Source: a virus (Duplodnaviria > Heunggongvirae > Uroviricota > Caudoviricetes). From it: 64,000 nucleotides of DNA. Below the pieces are notes generated by a model. The model did not search any database. It was given only the letters and a program-made list of their open reading frames with translations, and was not told where the DNA came from. The stretch spans positions 1 to 64,000 of IMG/VR virus record IMGVR_UViG_3300010280_000442; one strand, given 5' to 3'. Positions 1 through 9,500 of the stretch are shown piece after piece. Position numbers and translations under genes: made by a program. Each line of letters starts with the position of its first letter. Position 1 is the first letter of the stretch.

Positions 1-16
1 ATGTTACTCCCTCCCG

Positions 17-2031
17 TTATTGTTTTCGGCGGCCCTTATTTTTTTCCAGCGCTTCAAACAAGTTTCCTGGAACTACCTCGTAACCGTCTAAAGAGAAAAC
101 CTGTTCCAATTCTTCTTTCCTTTGGTTCACTTCTGCAATCCTCTGCTCAGACCTGTCCTCTCCCGTTCCGGCATCCCAGCCGTCCATAATCTTCTCCGCC
201 TCGCGCATTAACGCATCCAGTTTTTCAGTCGTAAAGACGTTGTAATTTTCCAGTTCTTTCGCAGGCCGGAGCACGTCCCAGTTTCCAGAATATCGCTCCT
301 GGTCAAGAAAGCTGACACATGCAAGGCTTGTGACCGGGCGGCCGAAACTGTCAGCCCATGCCGGCGGAAAAACCATCATCTTTTTCTTGATGACGATTTC
401 TTCTTGCGCTCTGTTTTCCTCCTGATGCTCTGTCTCATCCGGTTCCTGTGGAGGGAGGATGATCTCCTCAATCTTTATCATTTCCGGTTCATCCAGTTCA
501 AAGAGCATCAGTCTGTGACTCCCATCCTCAATGAATTCCCCACGGAATCGGTATCGGACATTCTCTTCCCACTCCATGATATCAAACAAGGTCCTTGCCA
601 GCCCCCGGCAGGCAACCGGGTTCACGCTCCATCTGGAATCCTTGAGCCTTCCCCAGTGAATTGCATTTGGGTTTTCCTTCCCACAAGGACGGATAGCGAT
701 GCAGCGGTTCACTGTGTTCAGCAAAAGCTCTACATACTCCACATTCCCGAACTTTCTCAGGCAGGACGTATTGAACCTGAGTTTCCCGCCTGAGATCGTC
801 ATGGCAGGATTACCCATTGTAGAAAAGAACTGCGCCCTGACAAACTCATAACCTGAAAGGTCAAGTCGGCTTCCGGATTCCCCATAATCCGTTTCAACCC
901 CGCCATCTCTGTATACGCTTTCTGAAGCAGCCTGATATTCTTCCGCGGAAAAACCTGTCCAATCCTTATCTATTGGCACATACCCTTTCAGGACACCATC
1001 ATCCACAACGCTCAGGACAGGCAGGGGGCGGTTCTTTGAGGCATAGCCTTTCAAAGCCTGCATACTGTTCGCGGCATTGTAAACCTCCCTTGACACAATC
1101 GGCTCATGATGGTCACGCTGGCGGTACTGGTTCCGGTCGTTATTGTTTCTCCTCGACTTATGATCCAAATAGCTCGGTGTCCACGTCTTTCTTGCAAGCA
1201 CGTCCCCACAGTGGCGTTCATTCTGAATAACACCGATAATCGATCTTGGGCTCCATTCGGTATTCCCAATCTTTGTCTCCCGCCCGTATTCCGTCAGGAT
1301 ATCAGCAATATCTACGCAGGAGAATCCGTTCAGGTAAAGGTAATAGATTACCTTCACAGTCTCCGCTTCTACCGGATTGATGACAAGATTGCCCTCCTCG
1401 TCCTTATCGTAGCCAAGCAGCTCCGGCGTCAGGAAAATCCCCCTGGAGAAGCGATGCTCGATAGAAAAATTCATAATCTCGCTTTTCGTATGGGATTCTT
1501 CTTGCGCCGCAGCAGACAGAACCGTCAGTATCATTTCGCTGGTCTGGCTCAAGGTATAAAGATTTTCCGTTTCAAAAAGCACCCCGACCGGATTCCTAAG
1601 CTGCGCCAGTTTTCGGACCGTACCGATTGCATCTACAGTATTCCTCGCAAATCTTGAGATGGATTTGGTGATGATAAGATCAATCTTCCCGGCATAACAG
1701 TCCGCCAGCATTCGCCCAAATTCCTCCCTGTGTGCCAGGGAAGTGCCAGAGATGCCTTCATCCGCATAAATGTCAACCAGTTCCCAGCCAGGCTGCTCCC
1801 GGATATAGTCCTCATAATGGTTTTTCTGAAGCTCATAGGAAGTCGTCTGATTTGGATCATCCGTGGAGACGCGGCAGTATGCCGCCACACGCTTGTGGGA
1901 GGTATCCTCTTTTAGGCTCACGATCTCCCTTGCCGGGATCAGTTCCAGTTCATCCTTGTCTATGCCACGATAGCGCTCACGGATTTTCTTTTTTCGCTCA
2001 TCTGACTTCATATGCTTCTCATTTTCTGTCA
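17..2031 (-). CDS. large serine recombinase (resolvase/invertase-type catalytic domain plus large C-terminal recombinase domains)
   Basis: Translation contains the serine-recombinase catalytic core VAAYCRVSTDD...DIYADEGISGTS...GKIDLIITKSISRFARNT. Start moved to ATG MTENEKH at about 2031 to avoid the long overlap with the upstream ORF. Confidence 0.85.
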
Positions 2032-3023
2032 TTTTGTTCTTCCTCTTCTGGCTTAAGGCTCCAGTACCATTGGTACCTTCTACGGTAACAACGTACTCCG
2101 ATAGCTTTTTTTGTTTCTTCCGCAGTCCTCTGGCTGATGCCTTCTTCTCCCAAGCGCATGTATATATCCTTCGATGTCTTATCTCCGTCCGCAAGCAATC
2201 TGGCGATCAGGGATGCAGCTTTTTCCATTTTTGTGCCCGGCTTGAATTGTACGGGTTCCCCCTGTACAGGCTTATCTGCAGTCTTGCACTGCAACCATTG
2301 GAAACCCGTTTCTTCCAGTATTTGAAATTTAATATCTCCCCCGACCGGTGCGAGGCTATTTTTTATCTGACGAACTATCCTGATATCCGGGTCGTCTTCA
2401 GCCCGATCTACCTGCAGGACGCTCCGTGCCGCCGCAACAACATCGATGCTGCCAAGGCTCCTATATAGGCCTTTCGTCCCTTCTCGCTTATTAAGATGCC
2501 CAATCAGTACAATCGCACAATCATACACAGTTGCCCACATACCGAGTCTGCGCATAAGCCTTCTCGCCTTTCCCGCCATCTGCAGATCAGAATCGCTTCC
2601 GAGATAAGCCTGTATAGGGTCGATCACAACTAAGGCTGGGCGGAATGCTATAATTGCCTGCCGGATTCGTTCATCATCCAATGTAAGGCCTTCATAGACT
2701 TCTTCATTTATGAAGGCGATATTACTACAGTCTGCTCCGCTTTTTTCAAGCCGGGGCTTTATTGTGTCTGCCAATCCGTCCTCAGAGCACTGATAAATCA
2801 CGTGCTTTGCCAGTCCAAGTGAAACCCCATCAGGGCTTTTCCCGCCCTTTGATATTTCTGAGATCAGCTGGATCATCATAGTTGATTTCCCATCTCCGGG
2901 GTCGCCTTGAAGGAGAGTAATCTTTCCACAGGCAATGTAAGGATACCAAAGCCAGCGAACCGGTTCACTTCTCACTTTGCTGTACAGCGTGATCAGATCC
3001 TCTTTCTCTGCCATGTTCAACAC
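2019..3023 (-). CDS. RecA-like / AAA_25-type P-loop ATPase, usually linked with primase-type functions of mobile elements
   Basis: Walker A motif GDPGDGKST and Walker B-like motif LVVIDPIQAYLG. 14-nt overlap with the recombinase downstream on the minus strand. Confidence 0.6.
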   Translation of the reverse strand: MLNMAEKEDLITLYSKVRSEPVRWLWYPYIACGKITLLQGDPGDGKSTMMIQLISEISKGGKSPDGVSLGLAKHVIYQCSEDGLADTIKPRLEKSGADCSNIAFINEEVYEGLTLDDERIRQAIIAFRPALVVIDPIQAYLGSDSDLQMAGKARRLMRRLGMWATVYDCAIVLIGHLNKREGTKGLYRSLGSIDVVAAARSVLQVDRAEDDPDIRIVRQIKNSLAPVGGDIKFQILEETGFQWLQCKTADKPVQGEPVQFKPGTKMEKAASLIARLLADGDKTSKDIYMRLGEEGISQRTAEETKKAIGVRCYRRRYQWYWSLKPEEEEQNDRK

Positions 3024-3383
3024 CTCCCGACTGTGCTTTTATCCCAAATCACTCAAATTCACACTTTTATTATAACTGTTTCCAACCATTTTTTCTGTAA
3101 ACAGCCTGTTTACGCATTTCCAGAATTGTAGACAGACTGTTTACAAAAAAGCCTAAGACAACAGCTTACCAGAGGGCGTGAGATTTTCTGCGGTCTTATT
3201 CTTTTCCTGCCCATCAGGCTTTTTTTATAATCCGCGTGGTCATGTACCAGGCTAAGACGGCAGCATATCAAAAGGGGATGATTACGTCTTAACGATGCCA
3301 AAATGAAGAGGTTGACTTGCTATGTGCAAAATAAAGAGGTAATAATGTCATGCTTATGTGGAGCACTCGAAAGCGAGGTACTT

Positions 3384-3725
3384 ATGGATATAAACTATGG
3401 CGAACTCGGAAAACGCATCAGCCATTTCCGAAACAAAAGAAATCTTTCACAGGAAGACTTGAGCGAGACGCTTCATGTCACGCGGGAGTATGTCAGCTAT
3501 ATGGAGACAGGGAAACGAAAGCCCGCCCTGAAAACCATTGTGGAAATAGCAAACACATTGAATGTATCGACAGATGACCTTTTAGTGGACAGCCTGGAAA
3601 ACTCCGTATCCACGGCAGACTCAGAACTCCACCGGTTGTTGCTGGACTGTACTCCCACCGAAGAGGAGATCATTACCCGGACAGCAAAAGAACTAAAATC
3701 CATCCTGTACGGATTGGGAATCTAA
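3384..3725 (+). CDS. XRE-family helix-turn-helix transcriptional regulator
   Basis: N-terminal HTH LGKRISHFRNKRNLSQEDLSE...REYVSYMETGKRKP. Upstream TTGACTTGCTAT promoter-like sequence at about 3313-3345. Start chosen at MDINYG; ATG codons at 3303 and 3345 are alternatives. Confidence 0.65.
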   Translation: MDINYGELGKRISHFRNKRNLSQEDLSETLHVTREYVSYMETGKRKPALKTIVEIANTLNVSTDDLLVDSLENSVSTADSELHRLLLDCTPTEEEIITRTAKELKSILYGLGI

Positions 3726-3901
3726 CATAACAAAAAACTGCCCGCATAAGCCACTGGCGCACTCTGTATACTATTCAGGGTGCCGTCTGTGCTATGTCGG
3801 GCAGGAATAAATGACGGTCATCGAGACTTCCATTAATTCGAAGTCTTAGCTGCGTATATATGTATCCTATTCCCTGGCAGGGGACACGTCTTCCGTAGTT
3901 T

Positions 3902-4291
3902 TCACTCCAATACCTCATAACAGTCTGCCAGGAATTCGAGAAATCCTACTGTGATATTCTGCACAGCCAACTCCCCGTCAATGCGCTCCATCCCCTCTAA
4001 AGCCTTACCAATGCGTGCCGCATCTTCTCCCAATCCTGCTATCAGAATCCGTTCCTCCATCTGATCCCGGAAACTTCCGGCCGCAAGATTGATCAGTTCG
4101 ACGAGTTGCTGTCCATTGACTATAGTGGTGTTTTTGTTCATCCTCCCGCCTATTATAGCTCGTAACAGTTTCCGCGCAGATGTCACGTCAAGGCGTCCGA
4201 GATACCGTTGCACTTGCAGAGCTGTAACCGTCTCCAGCGTGTCCAATCCGTAATCCTTCACTCTAATCCCATCAATTCTATTTCTACCCAT
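3902..4291 (-). CDS. hypothetical protein between recombinase genes (possible accessory or directionality factor)
   Basis: ORF with strong RBS AAGGGAGG 8 nt before ATG MGRNRIDG; the upstream ATG at 4342 has no RBS. No recognisable domain. Confidence 0.4.
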   Translation of the reverse strand: MGRNRIDGIRVKDYGLDTLETVTALQVQRYLGRLDVTSARKLLRAIIGGRMNKNTTIVNGQQLVELINLAAGSFRDQMEERILIAGLGEDAARIGKALEGMERIDGELAVQNITVGFLEFLADCYEVLE

Positions 4292-4394
4292 GTACAATAC
4301 CTCCCTTGTATTTTTCTTCTGACTGGCTTGCCATTTTTCCATATAGCATTATGGCAACCTCACCATATATGAAAATTCTGCACATAGCAACAAG

Positions 4395-4455
4395 TTTTAA
4401 TGGATATTAAACGCAAAAAAGCGCCCCGACAGGCCCGCAGACAAATCCAGTCCAC
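4395..4455 (-). terminator. putative intrinsic terminator downstream of recombinase 2
   Basis: Minus-strand GC-rich inverted repeat GCGCC...GGCGC followed by TTTTTT; the loop contains the direct repeat GGGCCTGTCGGG. Confidence 0.35.
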
Positions 4456-4481
4456 AGGCCCGACAGGGCGCCGTTTTACTC

Positions 4482-6773
4482 TTATTCTTCTTTTGCATCT
4501 TCCTGTACTGCCATCGGCCCCACAGCCGCAGTGTCTTTCTTCCTGCGTCCTGTTTTGCCGTTCCCAACGGGCACCTTGCTGTGGTTGACTGGCTTGCCAT
4601 TGACCTGCCAGTTTTCAAGGAGTACCTCGACCGTGCCATCCTCCCTGTACCTACGGTAGCCCTGGAACGCAGCCAGTGTCCGGCCTGTACCGCAGCAGGT
4701 AAACTTCACTCCAAAATTCGTCTGGAACTCAATGCTGTCATCCCCCACAAACCCTTTCTCGATAAAAGCCACATAGATGCCCCTCTCAAATTTCAGGAAA
4801 TCCGGCGCAGCCTGTACTTTCTCCGGCGTGATGTGGCTCTTGCCTGAGCTGATGTTCCCCCGGACATACGGCCTTGCCTGTCCGTCAGCGGTCCGCAGGA
4901 AAGTCCCCTCTGTGTCCAACCCGTTCACGTTGATCTTCCCGCCGTCCGAGTTGGTCTCCGGCAGTTCTGCAAGGCAGCGGAGAAAGAAATCGAAGTTTTT
5001 TCTCATGGTGGCCGTGGAACCGAGTTCCGCCTCCAGCGATGCTTTTTCCGCCCGGCACTCCTCCAGCCGCTTGCTGATATCCCTTGCGAGGTTTGCGTAG
5101 ACCTCCGCCTCTTCCTGCCCGCCGCTCCACACAGGCTGCCGCATGTCGCCGCCCCGGATACCCTTGCGGATGTCCACCTCAATCTCATCCAGCGTGACCT
5201 CTCCTGCGTCGAGGGCCTGCCTCAGTTCCACGCTCTGCTCAATTGCCGCGCTGCGCATGGCTTCCATCTGACGGGATGTGGTCTTGCGGAGGTTCTCCTC
5301 CAGATCCCGGATACGGTCATCCAACAGCGCCATCCGTTCTGCCGAATATCCTCCGCCTTTGGAACGTTTGTAGGCGGCATTGTAGGCTTGCGCGTATTGC
5401 CGCATAAGCCATGAATTATCGCCATTGGCGTCGTAATCCCGCTTCAGCCGGTAGAGCATCTCCATGAAGCTCTGCTCAACAGCAACCTCATACACCCCGG
5501 AGGACGGACACCTGCCGTCATCCTGCACTTTCAGTTCATACCGGGATCCCAGCACATTATCCGTCCCGTCGGGCGCCTTGCCCCTCTTGCTGGAACACCT
5601 CCAGATGATATAAGTGAAGCGGTACTTATCCCTAAACCCAGCCTCGCCGGCGCAGCTCCGTTCATCTGTATAATTCTTCGCCGCAGCCTGGTAATCCGCC
5701 CGGTAATAGGGGGCCCCACAGGGCTTTCCGTCCCGGATGGTGCCGCAGAACAGGTTCCCGAACGGCGATTTATTGGGAAGGGAGCGCCCGTCGGCCGCCG
5801 CTTTCTTCCTTGACGTGCGGTTCCCACGCTCGTTTAGGAGCATCTGCGTCCTGTCCCATGTGTCCCGGTCGATGATGCCGACATGGTGGTCCTTTACATA
5901 ATACCTCGGCGCTTCCCCCATATTCTGTGTGGAGTAATGGGTCAGGAAGTCTTTTGTCACATACTTCTGCATCTCGCAGTCCCCAACAAACTTCTCATTT
6001 TTCAGCACATGGTAGACGGTGCAGTGTGTCCACAGTTTCCCGTTGACCGAACGCTTCCCCTGCCCGTTCAGCGCCTTTGCGATGCTGTTCGCGGATTTTC
6101 CTAAAAGGAACTGCTCAAAGATGAACCGGACAGTCTGCGCCTGCTCGGGCACGATCACCCATTCCCCGTCCGGCCCTTTCTCATAGCCGATCATCCTCTG
6201 CAGATTGACGTGCGGCCTGCCCGCCTGGAACCGTTTCTGGAATGACCAGCGGATGTTGTCCGAGATCGACCGACTCTCGTCCTGCGCCAGCGCGGACAGG
6301 ATCGTAAGGATTAGTTCCCCTTTCGCGTCCAGCGTGTCGATATGCTCTTTTTCAAAATAGACCCCCACCGGCGGGTCCTGACTCCGTAACTCCCGGATGC
6401 AGCTCAAGGTATCCACAGTGTTCCTCGCAAAACGGGAGATCGACTTGGTGATGATGTAATCTATCTTCCCATCCAGGGCGTCCCCCATCATGCGGTTAAA
6501 TTCCTTTCTCCGTATTCTTGAGGTGCCGGTGATGGCCTCGTCCGCGTATACCCCTGCTTTCGTCCACCCCTCCGTGCGGTCGATCAGGTCCGTGTAGAAC
6601 TTGTTTTGCTCCGTATAGGAGGTTTTCTGGCTCTCGTCCCCTGTGGAAACGCGGCAATATGCGGCCACGCGGACCTCCTTCTGCTCTTTCAGCTGCCCGC
6701 CGTTCTGTACGCTCCGTTTAGTCGCCGGTATGACAGATACCGTGGGCGCTGCTATTGACTGTGTATTCAACAT
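4482..6773 (-). CDS. large serine recombinase
   Basis: Catalytic core VAAYCRVSTGDESQ...VYADEAITGTS...GKIDYIITKSISRFARNT; 763 aa. Confidence 0.85.
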   Translation of the reverse strand: MLNTQSIAAPTVSVIPATKRSVQNGGQLKEQKEVRVAAYCRVSTGDESQKTSYTEQNKFYTDLIDRTEGWTKAGVYADEAITGTSRIRRKEFNRMMGDALDGKIDYIITKSISRFARNTVDTLSCIRELRSQDPPVGVYFEKEHIDTLDAKGELILTILSALAQDESRSISDNIRWSFQKRFQAGRPHVNLQRMIGYEKGPDGEWVIVPEQAQTVRFIFEQFLLGKSANSIAKALNGQGKRSVNGKLWTHCTVYHVLKNEKFVGDCEMQKYVTKDFLTHYSTQNMGEAPRYYVKDHHVGIIDRDTWDRTQMLLNERGNRTSRKKAAADGRSLPNKSPFGNLFCGTIRDGKPCGAPYYRADYQAAAKNYTDERSCAGEAGFRDKYRFTYIIWRCSSKRGKAPDGTDNVLGSRYELKVQDDGRCPSSGVYEVAVEQSFMEMLYRLKRDYDANGDNSWLMRQYAQAYNAAYKRSKGGGYSAERMALLDDRIRDLEENLRKTTSRQMEAMRSAAIEQSVELRQALDAGEVTLDEIEVDIRKGIRGGDMRQPVWSGGQEEAEVYANLARDISKRLEECRAEKASLEAELGSTATMRKNFDFFLRCLAELPETNSDGGKINVNGLDTEGTFLRTADGQARPYVRGNISSGKSHITPEKVQAAPDFLKFERGIYVAFIEKGFVGDDSIEFQTNFGVKFTCCGTGRTLAAFQGYRRYREDGTVEVLLENWQVNGKPVNHSKVPVGNGKTGRRKKDTAAVGPMAVQEDAKEE

Positions 6774-6855
6774 ATGTCATCCTTCCTTTCCGGATTTCCC
6801 TCTGAAATCATGTCTGTACCAATGGGTATAAAAAGGGCCGCAGTTACCTGCAGCC

Positions 6856-9243
6856 TCATTCCACCTTCCTGTTTATCTTCTTCCTGCGCCTCTCCCTCTT
6901 CTGTACCATCTTATGGCCATTGAAATACGCGGCAGTATAGCGATAATCCTCGATGTTGCTATACATCTCCACATCTGTCCTCGTGTCATCAAACCAATGG
7001 ACGGTGTAATGAAGCGGGTCATGGATGGTGATGGAAATTGCGAATGCCTTCACATACTCGGATGTCATGCCGTTGAGGAACTCGACCATGCCCTCCGGCC
7101 CCAGGGGAAGCCCCTCCATCCAAGCAATGGCTTTCTCCCTCCATTCGTAATCATCTTCCAGTGCATCCCAATATTCCTCCATGTAGGAGAGCCGGTCACT
7201 GAGCGTTTTAAACTCCGCCTCATCCTCTTCCAGCTTTTCCGTGGCTTCCCCGATCTGCCCTCTCAGTCCGGCGAGCAGAGCCGTGTCGATCTCCTCGCCC
7301 AAAAGTGACCGCCTTACTTCCATGGTTTCCGCCTGGGTGCGCAGCCGGCGCAATGCCTTACCGCCGTTGTCGATGGATACCTGTAGGGCGAGCATCTGCT
7401 GCTTCATAAAGGAACGGTCGCGCTCAATGAAATCCGCCTGCTGCATCCTCTCCAAACGTTCCCGCATCTGCCTTACGAACTGCGTGGCGCTGTCGGTAAA
7501 CTGCACGGAATCCCCCATGTACCGGCCGCTCATGATGTCTGCCACGGCCACGTCATCCCGTATATTCCCCTCGATGAGCTGGAACCTCTCCGTCACCGCC
7601 TTGCGGAACATGCGGATAAGCTGCTCCTCATAGACCTTCTCCGCATGGCAGATGGTCTTCCCGTTGTTCAGCGTTGTCGATGCGCACTTCCAGATATTGT
7701 TGGCCCTGCCGCCGTTGACGTGGTAATGCCGTCCGCATGAGGCGCAGACGAGCCGCCCGGCGAAAGCGTACTGCCGACGTTCCCCCTGCCCTGGCCTTTT
7801 CCCCATCCCCCTTATCCGCTTTGCTTCCTCAAAAAGCTCCCGGCTGATGATCGCAGGGTGGTGGTCCCTCACAAGGTACTGCGGCATCTCGCCTTCATTC
7901 ACTTTCTGCGTGTGGGTCAGGTGGTCCGTGGTAATGGACTTCTGGACAAGCACGTCTCCCGTATAACGTTCCTTTTCCAGTATCATCCTGACATTGCGGG
8001 TGGTCCACCCTTCATTGAGGCCTTCCTTCAGTTTGCCGTCCGGCATCTTCCTGCCGCCGCTGGTATTCTTGCTGAACGGCTCATAGACCGGGGATGGGAT
8101 ATGGTCGCGGTTTAAACCCCTCGCTATCTGCGCGGGGGACGATCCGTCCACAAATTCTTGGAAAACCCTTCGGACAACCTCTGCTTCTTCCTCTACAATC
8201 TCTACCCGACGCAACCGGTAACCGTCCGCCGTCACCATGTAGGCGTCCTCCCCTTCAGGGAAACGGTATCCGTAAACATCTATATTCCGCACCTTCCCTT
8301 CGGGGAACCGCTTGCTGTTCCCCCACAGGAGGTTCGTAGAGATGCTCCGGCTTTCCTCCTGGGCAATCGCCGCCAGCGTCGTCACAATGAATTCGCTGTA
8401 CTGCTCCGCGGTATCCAGCGCCTCCCTCTCGAACAGGATCGTCACGCCGCACTGCTTCAGTAGCTTCATGGCCATCAGGAAATCGTTTGTGTTGCGGGAG
8501 AAACGGGAAATGGATTTGCACACGATACGGTCCACCTTGCCCTCCCTGCAGTGACGCAGGAGACGTTTATACCCAGTCCGTTTATCGCCGGATGTGGCGG
8601 AAACCCCATAATCCGAATACACCCCAGCCGATATCCAATTCCCGTTTTGCGCCAACAGTTGGGAAAAGTACTGCTCCTGTATCTCGTAAGAGTCCTCTTG
8701 GGCGGCGCTGTCCGAGGATACCCGGATGTATGCGGCGACGCGCAGCGGGCCTTCGTGTCCTTCGGGCATGCGGCGCCCCATATCTTCCGAAGAAATGAAC
8801 TGCCCTTTGCCAAAGATACCAGTGTCCGACTGCGTGTTCCGGATGACGGATATCTCAAAGGGGCTCGCTTTCCCCAGAGGCCCAACAGCCAGCAGTGGCT
8901 CCAACTCAAGCATGCGTTCCTCCAGCACCTGCTGCATGGGGGTACTTTCCGGCGCGGTTTTCTGTTTCATCGCCTTTGCCCGGCTGATCAGTGCCGCAAT
9001 TTCTGTCTGGGCGGCAGGCTTTTCGCCTAGTTTTGCCTCTGGATTTGCGCCCGCCTGCGGCGCTGGTTTTCCAGATACTTTCCCCGGCGCGTCCTGCGAA
9101 CCAACCGGTATCCCAAGCGCCGACAGCACCGCGTTCACGTCCGGCTTCCTGCCCGGGGCTTTTTCCGCCCTGGGTTTCACCGTCGTCCGTGACAGCCTTT
9201 CCAGGAACGCCTGCGCCGATATGTTTTCATTCTTTGTCCCCAT
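6856..9243 (-). CDS. large serine recombinase with a ~150-aa N-terminal low-complexity extension
   Basis: Catalytic core VAAYIRVSSDSAAQ...VYSDYGVSATS...VDRIVCKSISRFSRNT. Start set at ATG MGTKNEN (9243) with RBS AAGGAGCC; an extra 51 codons upstream were rejected. Confidence 0.85.
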   Translation of the reverse strand: MGTKNENISAQAFLERLSRTTVKPRAEKAPGRKPDVNAVLSALGIPVGSQDAPGKVSGKPAPQAGANPEAKLGEKPAAQTEIAALISRAKAMKQKTAPESTPMQQVLEERMLELEPLLAVGPLGKASPFEISVIRNTQSDTGIFGKGQFISSEDMGRRMPEGHEGPLRVAAYIRVSSDSAAQEDSYEIQEQYFSQLLAQNGNWISAGVYSDYGVSATSGDKRTGYKRLLRHCREGKVDRIVCKSISRFSRNTNDFLMAMKLLKQCGVTILFEREALDTAEQYSEFIVTTLAAIAQEESRSISTNLLWGNSKRFPEGKVRNIDVYGYRFPEGEDAYMVTADGYRLRRVEIVEEEAEVVRRVFQEFVDGSSPAQIARGLNRDHIPSPVYEPFSKNTSGGRKMPDGKLKEGLNEGWTTRNVRMILEKERYTGDVLVQKSITTDHLTHTQKVNEGEMPQYLVRDHHPAIISRELFEEAKRIRGMGKRPGQGERRQYAFAGRLVCASCGRHYHVNGGRANNIWKCASTTLNNGKTICHAEKVYEEQLIRMFRKAVTERFQLIEGNIRDDVAVADIMSGRYMGDSVQFTDSATQFVRQMRERLERMQQADFIERDRSFMKQQMLALQVSIDNGGKALRRLRTQAETMEVRRSLLGEEIDTALLAGLRGQIGEATEKLEEDEAEFKTLSDRLSYMEEYWDALEDDYEWREKAIAWMEGLPLGPEGMVEFLNGMTSEYVKAFAISITIHDPLHYTVHWFDDTRTDVEMYSNIEDYRYTAAYFNGHKMVQKRERRRKKINRKVE

Positions 9244-9295
9244 AAGTGTGGCTCCTTTCCTTCCAGATTCCCCGTGGGTTCCCCCTTGGGGTAGT

Positions 9296-9335
9296 CCTAT
9301 ATTACCGTCCTGTCCCGAAATAGCAAGCAAATTGT
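9296..9335 (-). promoter_or_regulatory. copy of the conserved phage promoter unit (TTGCTA-N17-TAATAT) upstream of recombinase 3
   Basis: Plus strand reads TATATTACCGTCCTGTCCCGAAATAGCAAG. Reverse complement gives TTGCTA, 17 nt, TAATAT, matching the family repeated 41-52 kb. Confidence 0.45.
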
Positions 9336-9500
9336 GGTAGGTTCTGCTCAGAAATATCGGAGAAAACAGGCGTCTTAAATTGTGAATAAAGCACAACTGA
9401 GGTGCGTTGCCCTTCCTTGTAAAAAAAGGCGGCTGTGCAGCCGTCCGGCCACACAGCCTTTCCCCAAATGCATACTACAGTATCTCTGTTCCCCGCAGTA

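Noticed and set aside
9244-9396. N-terminal 51 extra codons of recombinase 3, the N-terminal 24 codons of the capsid ORF (35066-35137), extra N-terminal codons of Tal and Dit, and of the 57558-58415 ORF
   Set aside because: Internal ATG (or GTG) codons preceded by clear GGAGG-type RBSs give shorter products that abut the preceding gene without overlap. For 57558-57911 the region contains the tandem RNA repeats and a terminator, so it cannot be coding sequence of the toxin.
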